A DNA stretch of 64,000 nt from Candidatus Kapaibacterium sp. (GTDB taxonomy: Bacteria; Bacteroidota; Ignavibacteria; Kapaibacteriales; UBA2268), in NCBI GenBank assembly GCA_038206725.1, contig JBBRAO010000004.1, positions 39,580 through 103,579 on the forward strand, written 5' to 3'. The notes under the pieces were generated by a model. The model saw only the letters and a list, made by a program, of their open reading frames with translations. It was not told the DNA's origin and ran no database searches. A program made the translations under genes and the position numbers. Shown here in pieces: positions 48,012 through 56,970 of the stretch (positions are counted from its first letter, which is position 1; each line of letters starts with the position of its first letter).

Positions 48012-48908
48012 ATGATTTTGTCTAAAAATTTTAGTCCGCCTGGTTTTGTATCGGAGTTATTGTATAAATCTCTGAAAGCAATCAACTTCTCAGAAAAAGT
48101 TTTCACCAAAATGCTGACCAAACCCGACAGAGGCACAAATCAGCTGGCGGTAAACAAAATAAATAAGAAGTTATCGCTTGTCGAATCTTATATAGACGGA
48201 TTCAGAATAATCACCGTAAGTGGCAAAACATCCTCTAATAAACACATAATTTTTTTGCACGGTGGTGCTTATTTTGCTGAACCGGTAAAAGGTCACAGAC
48301 AATTGGTAGAGCGTTTGGCATTGTCGGGCTTTGTTGTCAGTTTTATCAACTACCCGCTGGCGCCCGAAAACAATGCTGAAATCACTATTGGTTTGGTTGA
48401 AAAGGCATTTAATGAAATTGCGACCCAATATTCCGGTGATGAATTCTTTCTTTTTGGCGATTCTGCCGGAGGTGGGATTGCTCTCTCACTATTGCAGATT
48501 TTGAGAGATAATAACCATCCAAAAATCCCGACAAAAACTGTTCTTGTTTCGCCGTGGCTTGACATATCAATGTCAAATACTGATATTTCGGACTACATCA
48601 ACAAAGACGTACTTTTAAGCTGCTGCGGTTTAATTCAGTGCGGTAAAATTTATGCTCAAGATATTGACTTGAAAGACCCAAAAGTTTCACCTATTTATGG
48701 CAAGCTCGACGGACTATCGCAAATAAAAATATTCGTTAGCGATTATGAGCTTTTCTATCCGGATTGTCAACTATTGAAACAGAAACTGGATTTAGCAACC
48801 GGAAGTAGCGCAACATTAACTATAAAGGAAAAAATGATACACGATTGGATAGTTTTACCAATAAAAGAGCGAAAAGAAACAATTGACGAAATTGTTGAAT
48901 TTTTTTAG
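48012..48908 (+). CDS. alpha/beta hydrolase, esterase/lipase (HSL-like)
   Basis: HGGAYF oxyanion motif and GDSAGG nucleophile elbow. Confidence 0.7.
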   Translation: MILSKNFSPPGFVSELLYKSLKAINFSEKVFTKMLTKPDRGTNQLAVNKINKKLSLVESYIDGFRIITVSGKTSSNKHIIFLHGGAYFAEPVKGHRQLVERLALSGFVVSFINYPLAPENNAEITIGLVEKAFNEIATQYSGDEFFLFGDSAGGGIALSLLQILRDNNHPKIPTKTVLVSPWLDISMSNTDISDYINKDVLLSCCGLIQCGKIYAQDIDLKDPKVSPIYGKLDGLSQIKIFVSDYELFYPDCQLLKQKLDLATGSSATLTIKEKMIHDWIVLPIKERKETIDEIVEFF

Positions 48909-48969
48909 GAAAATCATTCTTTAATTGGTAATTTTGTATATCATTTATTGAGAGTACATAAATAAATGA
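48908..48969 (+). repeat. conserved intergenic element copy C (diverged)
   Basis: GGAAAATCATTCTTTAATTGGTAATTTTGTATATCATTTATTGAGAGTACATAAATAAATGA. Hairpin TCATTTAT-N13-ATAAATGA. 40 nt upstream of the 49010 start. Confidence 0.5.
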
Positions 48970-49009
48970 ATTCTAAGTAATTTTTAAAAATAAACATAAA
49001 TATGCCAAT

Positions 49010-49759
49010 ATGGAAAAATTAAACAAAGTAGCCAAAATAACACTTCTTTTCTGGTTAATGAAAATCGTTGCCACAACGTTAGGAGAGACTTTGGGTGATT
49101 TTATTTCAATGACATTAAATTTAGGTTACGCAATAGGAATTGGAATTACACTTTTATTTTTACTTATTGCGCTGATAACTCAATTATCGCTAAAGAAATA
49201 TATCCCCATTATTTTTTGGCTCGTAATTATCGGAACCACTACATTGGGAACAGAAATTTCGGACTTTATTGACCGAAGTTTGCATTTAGGCTATGCTTGG
49301 GGGAGCTTTATATTGGTTATGTGTCTAATTTTAACATTATCCTTTTGGTATAGAAAATATAAAAACCTTGAAGTATTTCCAATTATTGAGCGGTCAAAAG
49401 AATTTTATTATTGGGTTGCCATTCTATTTTCTAATAGTTTGGGAACGGCATTTGGCGACTTTTTAAGTGACAATATAAGATTAAGTTATTTACAAGGAGC
49501 AATTGTAACAGGTGCAATAATTGTAATTGTTGTCTCGTTGCATTATTTCACAAAAATTAATCATATCCTATTATTTTGGATTGCATTTATATTCACGAGA
49601 CCATTCGGAGCAACTTTTGGTGATTTCCTTACTAAACCAATTGCAAAGGGAGGCTTAGACCTGGGAACATTGCCTGCTTCAATGGTATCCCTTGCTTTAA
49701 TGGCTTTATTAATTTACTTATCAACTAGACAACATAAAAAAACACTATTAAAAGAGTAA
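49010..49759 (+). CDS. DUF347-like four-repeat membrane protein
   Basis: Four internal repeats, each a TM hairpin with conserved Trp and (S/T)xGxxxGDF(I/L). Examples: LLFWLMKIVATTLGETLGDFIS, IIFWLVIIGTTTLGTEISDFID, FYYWVAILFSNSLGTAFGDFLS, LLFWIAFIFTRPFGATFGDFLT. Confidence 0.45.
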   Translation: MEKLNKVAKITLLFWLMKIVATTLGETLGDFISMTLNLGYAIGIGITLLFLLIALITQLSLKKYIPIIFWLVIIGTTTLGTEISDFIDRSLHLGYAWGSFILVMCLILTLSFWYRKYKNLEVFPIIERSKEFYYWVAILFSNSLGTAFGDFLSDNIRLSYLQGAIVTGAIIVIVVSLHYFTKINHILLFWIAFIFTRPFGATFGDFLTKPIAKGGLDLGTLPASMVSLALMALLIYLSTRQHKKTLLKE

Positions 49760-49793
49760 TTAAGTCCATCATAACAACAATTATACGAATCAA

Positions 49794-51053
49794 ATGTTTA
49801 AACTATTAAAAAACATAGATAAGAAAGATTACAAACCTAAACTTGGCGGTTTGGAGATATTCAAATATATAGGTCCAGGGTTATTAGTTACTGTCGGCTT
49901 TATTGACCCGGGAAACTGGGCATCAAACTTAGCCGCCGGCGCGGATTATGGGTATGCGCTATTATGGATGGTTACCCTATCAACTCTGATGCTTATATTA
50001 TTACAGCATAATGTTGCCCATTTAGGAATCGCCACAGGGCTTTGTCTATCAGAAGCTACAGCAATCTATCTTAAACCTCGGTACTCCAATTTTCTTCTTT
50101 CTTCCGCAATGTTAGCTTCAATCTCCACATCACTTGCTGAAATTCTTGGTGGCGCGATTGCTCTTAATATGATGTTCGCCATACCAATTAAAGCCGGAGC
50201 CGTATTAGTTACTGTTTTTGTTATGATTATGCTTTATACTAATTCATACAGGCTAATAGAGAAATGGATTATCGCATTTGTTTCTATCATCGGAATATCA
50301 TTTCTATACGAGCTTTCATTGAGCAGTATTGATTGGAATAGCGCTGTTACCGCTTGGGTTACACCTACATTTCCCAAAGGTTCTATGATTATAATTATGA
50401 GCGTATTAGGTGCTGTAGTAATGCCTCACAATCTGTTTTTACATTCCGAAATCATTCAAAGCCGACAATGGAATTTGAAAGATGAATCTGTTATTAAAAA
50501 ACAATTAAAATATGAATTTCTTGATACTTTATTTTCAATGATGATCGGTTGGGCTATAAATAGCGCGATGATTCTATTAGCGGCGGCAGCTTTTTTCAAG
50601 TCAAAGATAACAGTTTCCGCACTCGATCAAGCTCAAAAGCTATTAGCTCCTTTACTGGGTAGCCATTCCGCATTAGTTTTCGCGGTAGCTCTTTTATTTG
50701 CCGGCATAGCATCCACTATTACTTCAGGAATGGCCGCGGGCAGTATCTTTGCCGGAATGTATAAGGAACCTTACGATATTAAGGATAACCATTCGAGACT
50801 GGGTGTTGGGATCTCTCTCTTGATTGCTTTGGGTATTATATTTTTAATCTCTAATCCATTCCAAGGCTTAATATTATCGCAGATGTTTTTAAGTATTCAA
50901 CTCCCTTTCACTATATTTTTACAGGTTTATTTAACATCTTCTGCCAAGGTAATGGGCAAGTATAAAAATACCCCCCTAACAAAATACACTTTGTTGTTTC
51001 TCGGTGTTCTCGTAACCATATTAAATATAGGTTTATTTATTAGTTTCTTATAG
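49794..51053 (+). CDS. mntH: Nramp family divalent metal (Mn2+/Fe2+) transporter
   Basis: GPGLLVTVGFIDPGNWASNLAAGADYGYALLW (DPGN motif) and MPHNLFLHSEI. 419 aa, 11-12 TM. Confidence 0.8.
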   Translation: MFKLLKNIDKKDYKPKLGGLEIFKYIGPGLLVTVGFIDPGNWASNLAAGADYGYALLWMVTLSTLMLILLQHNVAHLGIATGLCLSEATAIYLKPRYSNFLLSSAMLASISTSLAEILGGAIALNMMFAIPIKAGAVLVTVFVMIMLYTNSYRLIEKWIIAFVSIIGISFLYELSLSSIDWNSAVTAWVTPTFPKGSMIIIMSVLGAVVMPHNLFLHSEIIQSRQWNLKDESVIKKQLKYEFLDTLFSMMIGWAINSAMILLAAAAFFKSKITVSALDQAQKLLAPLLGSHSALVFAVALLFAGIASTITSGMAAGSIFAGMYKEPYDIKDNHSRLGVGISLLIALGIIFLISNPFQGLILSQMFLSIQLPFTIFLQVYLTSSAKVMGKYKNTPLTKYTLLFLGVLVTILNIGLFISFL

Positions 51054-51188
51054 TTATAGCCGTGTATTATTTTATCCTATTTTCTTGTTATTTTAATTAT
51101 ATTTTTAAAATTATTAGGAATATAATAATTATTTATTAATTTTGTGTATATTATTACTACATTTTTTGTTTTTCAATAAAGGTGCTTT

Positions 51189-51641
51189 ATGAAAAAGTTT
51201 TACTTCTTCTTGCTTACTTTAGGAATGATTATTGTATTAGCCTCTTGTAAAGATAATGGTACAAATCCTCCCGCTGACCATTTTGATTTATCGGGTACTT
51301 GGCTCGTAACACGCACAATGGTTACTTCTAACCCTGATTTTCCAAATGGTTATCAAGACCAGCAGTCTTGGACTTTTACAAAAAATGGTGATGGATGCAC
51401 ATTGACTACATCAGCCGGTTCTGTAGCCGGTGAATGGAAAAGCTCAAGTGTTTACAGTCAAGCTCATTGGGTATTCGATATTTCTTGGTATGACCAAACG
51501 TATCAAATATACTCGAGAGTTGTTGTGGAGGTTATCAATAATAGCCCTTTCAAAGGAACTAATGATACATATTACAAAGATCCGAGTACAGGAATTTGGC
51601 TATTGTTAGACTCATTTAGTCTCGCAGGAGTAAAACAATAG
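51189..51641 (+). CDS. hypothetical lipoprotein (lipocalin-like beta-rich)
   Basis: Lipobox LASCKD. AAAGGTG SD. Trp/Tyr-rich beta pattern. Confidence 0.35.
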   Translation: MKKFYFFLLTLGMIIVLASCKDNGTNPPADHFDLSGTWLVTRTMVTSNPDFPNGYQDQQSWTFTKNGDGCTLTTSAGSVAGEWKSSSVYSQAHWVFDISWYDQTYQIYSRVVVEVINNSPFKGTNDTYYKDPSTGIWLLLDSFSLAGVKQ

Positions 51642-51812
51642 AATAATTGATAAACAGACAATAATTCAGTAACCTAAAACGTCTAGTTAACCTTATGCTG
51701 AGCTAAATATTTTATTTTAATGAGTAAATTATGTTATTTTTTAAATTAAAATATATTTAAGATAATTCAAGTCAGAATTTTGTTATTTATAATAAATTAG
51801 CGAGGTCAATAT

Positions 51813-52244
51813 ATGTTCAATCCTTCTCACATCCATCCAATGTTTGTGCATTTCCCTATTGCTTTATTAATGGTAGGTTTTTTAGCAGATACTGCTTTTT
51901 TATTCTTTAAAAAAGAAAAGTGTCTTTCAAAAATCGGATTATATTTACTAACACTTGGAACTTTAGCTGCATTAGCGGCATATTTGTCAGGGAATTTTCT
52001 GACTGCACACCCAACAAGTGGAAGTATTTATCCGGTCTTTGAAAATCACGAATTATTCGCATTACTCACACTATTATCAGCAGTAGTTACTTTAACTCTC
52101 AGGTTGTATGTTGTTATAACTAAAAAAGAAGATGCTAAAATCAAATGGTTGGTTTATGTATTATACGCTATAACAGCAGGTTTTGTTAGTATTACCGGCT
52201 TCCTTGGTGGAAGTATGGTATATGGTTTTATGATATCAATTTAG
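51813..52244 (+). CDS. DUF2231-like membrane protein
   Basis: MFVHFPIALLMVGFLADTAF... 4 TM. Conserved HFP start typical of DUF2231 (from memory). Confidence 0.4.
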   Translation: MFNPSHIHPMFVHFPIALLMVGFLADTAFLFFKKEKCLSKIGLYLLTLGTLAALAAYLSGNFLTAHPTSGSIYPVFENHELFALLTLLSAVVTLTLRLYVVITKKEDAKIKWLVYVLYAITAGFVSITGFLGGSMVYGFMISI

Positions 52245-52280
52245 ATGATACATTTTTTAAATTATGTTTTTGAGGTACAA

Positions 52281-52907
52281 ATGAAGAAGTATTTATTATT
52301 AATTGCAATGATTGCGTTTGCAGGATTGTTTATGGCTTGTAACACAAGTAAACCAACCAAAACAATAGACAATTTAACAGCCGCTTATAACGGTGAATCA
52401 ACAGCTAGTGCAAAATATGCCGCTTTTGCCGCTAAAGCCAAAGCCGAAGGTTACGATACAGTAGCTGTTATGTTTAGAGCAACTTCACAAGCAGAGGCTA
52501 TACACGCTGAAAATCATAAAAAAGTTTTGAAAAAACTTGGCGTGGTTATCGAAAAACCAGCATTAGGTAACTTTGAAGTCAAATCAACAAAAGAAAATTT
52601 ACTTGATGCTATTAAAGGCGAAGGATATGAAATCGAGACAATGTATCCTGATTTTATAAAAAGCGCTGAATTAGAAAAAGTTCCGGATGCTATTAAAACA
52701 TTCACTTGGGCTTTAGACACGGAAAAGAAGCATAAGGATCTCTATCAAAAAACTTTCGATGAAATAAGCGCAACCGGCGGTGAAAAAGAATTAGCTATCG
52801 AATGGTATGTTTGCCCGGTTTGTGGGAATACTTACGATATTGGCTCTGTTAAAGAGGCTTGTGATTTCTGTATGACTGCTAAATCCAAATTTATAATATT
52901 TAAATAA
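52281..52907 (+). CDS. rubrerythrin-family protein with lipoprotein signal peptide and C-terminal rubredoxin-like CxxC...CxxC
   Basis: MKKYLLLIAMIAFAGLFMAC lipobox. Ferritin-like diiron helices (ESTASAKYAAFAAKAKAEGYDTVAVMFRATSQAEAIHAENH; ...ETMYPDF...ALDTEKKHKDLY). CPVCGNTYD...CDFC. Confidence 0.55.
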   Translation: MKKYLLLIAMIAFAGLFMACNTSKPTKTIDNLTAAYNGESTASAKYAAFAAKAKAEGYDTVAVMFRATSQAEAIHAENHKKVLKKLGVVIEKPALGNFEVKSTKENLLDAIKGEGYEIETMYPDFIKSAELEKVPDAIKTFTWALDTEKKHKDLYQKTFDEISATGGEKELAIEWYVCPVCGNTYDIGSVKEACDFCMTAKSKFIIFK

Positions 52908-53102
52908 TATTCTTAAAGAGTATTTTACATAGTTCATTTGATAATTTGTCTGAAATTAATTTCTCATTCCAATAATAATTAATCAAAACTATTGTGCCCA
53001 AACAGCATTTGACGATTAATTAATTATTTTTAGACTGGCCAAATATATAATTATAATAAGATATATTTAATTATGTTTGGTCGAATATAAAAGAGGTTAT
53101 TT

Positions 53103-54305
53103 GTGAGAAATATCAACAAATTATTTACACTACTTGCATTCATTTTGTTTGCAACGAGTTCACTCTTTGCTTATGATAAAGAGATTACCTTAGGTATTGG
53201 CGGTGGTTTAAACCGACCAATAAACGAGACATTTAATGCAGAAAGAGCTAATGGTCCTGCTTTTGGGATTTTTGGTCTTTATGCGAACGGTTTAGGATAC
53301 GGTTTAACCCCCGAGATTAACGTATCCTATTTTATTGAACAATCCAAGACTCTTGGCTACCATACAGAGTATAAAACTAACACTTTGACGGCGGATTTAC
53401 GCTTGAGATATTATCCGATGAATAAGAAGCAATTTGCACCTTATTTATTTGCCGGTGTTGGTATGATAAATTGGAAAGTAAAGACTTTACCGGGTCAAAC
53501 CCCTATTCCATCAGATATGTCAATGGACCAACCCCCTGTGATTGATGGTACAACTGCATACTTCCCTTTGGGAATTGGGTTGACTCATTATTTCACAGAT
53601 ATCATTGGTGTTGATTTAAACCTTGGTTTAAATTTAACTCTAACAGATGATTTAAATCCAGTACACGATGGAATTAATGATGGACATTGGTTAGGTAAAT
53701 TGTCAGTATTGATTCGTTTAGCCGAGATTAAATCCGATGTTGACGGTGATGGTTTAATTGATGAAGAAGAAGCAAGAATTGGTACCGATCCAAACAATCC
53801 AGACACGGACGGTGATGGATTACTTGATGGAAAGGAAGTTTACACTTATAAAACGGATCCTAAAGATAAAGATACCGATGATGGTGGTATTAACGATGGA
53901 GCCGAAGTTCTTCACGGCACTGACCCATTGGATCCTGATGACGATATTCTTTGTATCAATTTAGGTGAAAAAATAATTCTGCGTGGTATCCAATTTGCAA
54001 CAGGAAAAACTGATCTTACTCCTACTTCTGAAAGAACATTAGGTTTTGCCTTAAAGGCTTTGCAAACTGGAGATAATATCGAGCTTCAAATTGTTGGTCA
54101 TACTGATGATATTGGAACTATAGAATTCAATTTGGTTTTATCACAAGATAGAGCTGATGTTGTTAAAAATTGGCTTGTAACTCGAGGTGTTGATCCAGCA
54201 CGTCTGACAACACGAGGCGCAGGATTTAACGAACCTTTGGTGTTAAATAGCGACGATGCTAATCGCGCTATCAACCGTAGAGTAGAATTTACAAGAACTA
54301 AATAA
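53103..54305 (+). CDS. OmpA-family outer membrane protein paralog 1 (beta-barrel + thrombospondin type-3 repeats + OmpA C-domain)
   Basis: GTG start with AAGAGGT SD. Signal peptide. Aromatic-rich barrel region. DGDGLIDEEEARIGTDPNNPDTDGDGLLDGKEVYTYKTDPKDKDTDDGGINDG Ca-binding repeats. OmpA-like C-terminus (LRGIQFATGKTDL...IVGHTDDIG...LSQDRADVV...RRVEF). Confidence 0.75.
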   Translation: MRNINKLFTLLAFILFATSSLFAYDKEITLGIGGGLNRPINETFNAERANGPAFGIFGLYANGLGYGLTPEINVSYFIEQSKTLGYHTEYKTNTLTADLRLRYYPMNKKQFAPYLFAGVGMINWKVKTLPGQTPIPSDMSMDQPPVIDGTTAYFPLGIGLTHYFTDIIGVDLNLGLNLTLTDDLNPVHDGINDGHWLGKLSVLIRLAEIKSDVDGDGLIDEEEARIGTDPNNPDTDGDGLLDGKEVYTYKTDPKDKDTDDGGINDGAEVLHGTDPLDPDDDILCINLGEKIILRGIQFATGKTDLTPTSERTLGFALKALQTGDNIELQIVGHTDDIGTIEFNLVLSQDRADVVKNWLVTRGVDPARLTTRGAGFNEPLVLNSDDANRAINRRVEFTRTK

Positions 54306-54315
54306 TTATTGCTTG

Positions 54316-54346
54316 AACGGTAGAATAGTATTCTGCCGTTTTTTAT
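54316..54346 (+). terminator. rho-independent terminator
   Basis: AACGGTAGAATA-g-TATTCTGCCGTT + TTTTT. Confidence 0.55.
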
Positions 54347-54432
54347 TTAAAAACTTTTACAATACTAATTTATTATTATTTATTAAAATAATTTTTTTTA
54401 GAATTTAATTATCATTTAAAAAGAGGTTTATT

Positions 54433-55539
54433 ATGAAAACTTTTCAAAAGTTATTCATTATTATTGCCATTATTGGCAGTACATCGGCTACAGCCTATTC
54501 TTATGAAAAAGACATCTGTATCGGTGTTGGAGCAGGCTTAAATTCATTCACTTATACTGATTATTTTGACCAAACTCATGATTATGCGGGTAGTCTCGGC
54601 AGTATTTTTGCAATTTACAGCAATGGTATTGCCAACGGATTCACTCCGGAAGTCTCATTTACTACACACTTCGACGAATCTTACAATGCAGGGGTTTTCT
54701 ACAATACTTATGCCATTGAAGGCAAAGTTCGTTATTATCCTTGGAGTCAAAAAAAATTAGCACCCTATGCCGTTGCCGGTTTAGGTTATTATATTTGGGA
54801 TACTCATTTTGCAAGTGCTAAAAAAGTATATATACCTTTAGGTATTGGTATCACTCACTTTTTTACACCCGTCTTCGGTGCTGATTTGAACTTTGCTTAT
54901 AATGTTGCCGATCCTAGTCTGTTGGTAAGTAAGTTATCGTTATTATTTAGAGTTGCTAGTTTCGCTAAAGACACCGACGGTGATGGACTCTCCGATGAAG
55001 ATGAAGTAAAATACGGTACTAATCCGAACAAACCTGATACCGATAATGACGGTTTGCTTGATGGAAAAGAAGTTCACAGATATAAAACTGACCCGAAAAA
55101 TAGAGACACTGATGATGGTGGTATTAGTGACGGAGTTGAGGTAAAATACGGTACTGATCCATTAGATCCTGATGACGATATCTTATGTATCGCTCTTGGT
55201 GAGAAAATTTTAGTCCGCAATATGTTGTTCGAGACCGGAAAAAGTACCCTAAGTACAAGTTCGGAAAGGACATTAGGATTTACTTTAAAAGCAATGCAAT
55301 CGAAAGATAATATTGAACTTCAAATTGTTGGTAATACCGATAATGTTGGAACTCAAGAGTTCAATCAACAATTATCTCAAGATAGAGCCGATGCCGTTAA
55401 AAAATGGTTAGTATCTCGAGGTATTGAATCAGGACGTCTTACAACACGTGGTGCAAGCTTTAATGAACCTATCGTTTCAAATACCAGTGATGAAAATCGC
55501 CAAAGAAATCGTAGAGTAGAAATCTATAGAACTAAATAG
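54433..55539 (+). CDS. OmpA-family outer membrane protein paralog 2
   Basis: Same architecture. AAGAGGT SD. DTDGDGLSDEDEVKYGTNPNKPDTDNDGLLDGKEVHRYKTDPKNRDTDDGGISDG. OmpA C-domain. Confidence 0.75.
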   Translation: MKTFQKLFIIIAIIGSTSATAYSYEKDICIGVGAGLNSFTYTDYFDQTHDYAGSLGSIFAIYSNGIANGFTPEVSFTTHFDESYNAGVFYNTYAIEGKVRYYPWSQKKLAPYAVAGLGYYIWDTHFASAKKVYIPLGIGITHFFTPVFGADLNFAYNVADPSLLVSKLSLLFRVASFAKDTDGDGLSDEDEVKYGTNPNKPDTDNDGLLDGKEVHRYKTDPKNRDTDDGGISDGVEVKYGTDPLDPDDDILCIALGEKILVRNMLFETGKSTLSTSSERTLGFTLKAMQSKDNIELQIVGNTDNVGTQEFNQQLSQDRADAVKKWLVSRGIESGRLTTRGASFNEPIVSNTSDENRQRNRRVEIYRTK

Positions 55540-55562
55540 ATTTGCACGCTAAGAATAAATTT

Positions 55563-55595
55563 AAGGTAGGAATGAAAATTCTTACCTTTTTTTTG
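55563..55595 (+). terminator. rho-independent terminator
   Basis: AAGGTAGGAAT-gaaa-ATTCTTACCTT + TTTTTT. Confidence 0.55.
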
Positions 55596-55716
55596 GTTAT
55601 ATTAAAAAATAATATTATTTTAGTTAAAGTTTTATTTGCTAAAATTTTTATGAAATTACATTAATATTTCAAAAAATTGTTTTTTAATATATTTTTAATT
55701 TTTTCTGAGGTTTTTT

Positions 55717-56808
55717 ATGAAGAGTATTCACAAATTATTAATCATTTTGGCCGTTTTCGGCTTTACAAGCACAATTGCTTATTCCTACGAGAAGGACGTA
55801 TGTATTGGCGTAGGACTGGGTTCTTATTCACAGCAATATAATTATATGGGATATGATTATGTATATTCAGGCGGTCTTGGCAGTATTTTTGGTATTTTCA
55901 CCAATGGGTTTGGAAAAGGTATTACTCCCGAAATTTGCTTTAATACTTATGTTGATGGTGACTATAGTTCATATAGTGCTGATTTCAAAGTTCGCTATTA
56001 TCCTTGGGCACAAAAGAAGTTAGCTCCTTATGGCTTTGTTGGTGCCGGCTATTACAGTTATGATCCTTATTACTCAACAGCAAAACCATTATTTATACCT
56101 ATTGGTATTGGTATTACCCATTTTTTCACACCTGTATTTGGCTTGGATTTTAATCTTGGGTATAATATTTCAAATGATAATGTGACTGTTGGGAAGTTAT
56201 CGGCTCTAATTAGATTAGCAAGTTGGGGTGGTGACCCTGATTCTGATGGTGACGGTCTTTCCGATGCGGACGAAGCAAAATATGGCACTGACCGAAATAA
56301 TCCCGATACAGATAATGATGGATTGTTGGACGGTAAGGAAGTCCATAAATACAAAACGAATCCCAAAGACAAAGATACTGATAAAGGAGGCATTTCGGAC
56401 GGTGTAGAAGTAAATAGAGGATCCGATCCGTTAGACAAAGATGATGATATCCTAAGTATCAATATTGGAGACAAGCTTATATTACGAGGCATTGAATTCG
56501 ATACGGGAAAAGCGGATATTACAGACCGGTCGGAACGTATTTTGGGATTCGCATTAAAAGCTTTGAAATCCGCTCGTGATATGCAGATTGAAATTTGCGG
56601 TCATACCGATGATGTTGGGTCTCTGCAAACTAATTTGAAATTATCATTGGATAGAGCAAATTCAGTTAAGAAATGGTTTGTCAGTCGCGGAATTGACGGA
56701 AGTAGGTTAAGCACTCGCGGTGCCGGTCCAAATGAGACGATGGTTCCGAACACTAGCGATGAAAATCGCCAGCGCAATCGTAGAGTTGAATTTTACAGGA
56801 CTAAATAA
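55717..56808 (+). CDS. OmpA-family outer membrane protein paralog 3
   Basis: Same architecture. GAGGT SD. DSDGDGLSDADEAKYGTDRNNPDTDNDGLLDGKEVHKYKTNPKDKDTDKGGISDG. OmpA C-domain. Confidence 0.75.
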   Translation: MKSIHKLLIILAVFGFTSTIAYSYEKDVCIGVGLGSYSQQYNYMGYDYVYSGGLGSIFGIFTNGFGKGITPEICFNTYVDGDYSSYSADFKVRYYPWAQKKLAPYGFVGAGYYSYDPYYSTAKPLFIPIGIGITHFFTPVFGLDFNLGYNISNDNVTVGKLSALIRLASWGGDPDSDGDGLSDADEAKYGTDRNNPDTDNDGLLDGKEVHKYKTNPKDKDTDKGGISDGVEVNRGSDPLDKDDDILSINIGDKLILRGIEFDTGKADITDRSERILGFALKALKSARDMQIEICGHTDDVGSLQTNLKLSLDRANSVKKWFVSRGIDGSRLSTRGAGPNETMVPNTSDENRQRNRRVEFYRTK

Positions 56809-56837
56809 AGTAAAGATGAAAAAATCTTTTAATAATT

Positions 56838-56867
56838 GGGTAGAATTATAATTCTACCCTTTTTTAT
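56838..56867 (+). terminator. rho-independent terminator
   Basis: GGGTAGAATTATAATTCTACCC + TTTTTT. Confidence 0.55.
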
Positions 56868-56970
56868 TATAAAAAAAAATATTAACTTGCATTCAATTAT
56901 AAATTAATTTTTCCGAACTACGCTAATAACATCTTAATATAGTTTTATTATTTTCCCATAAGAGGTTTTT

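Noticed and set aside
56070-56492. 140-aa minus ORF, Ser/Pro-rich (also 57405-57953, 53588-53806)
   Set aside because: Antisense of the GAT/GGT-rich thrombospondin-repeat coding DNA of the OmpA paralogs. Appears in each paralog as expected for a frame artefact.
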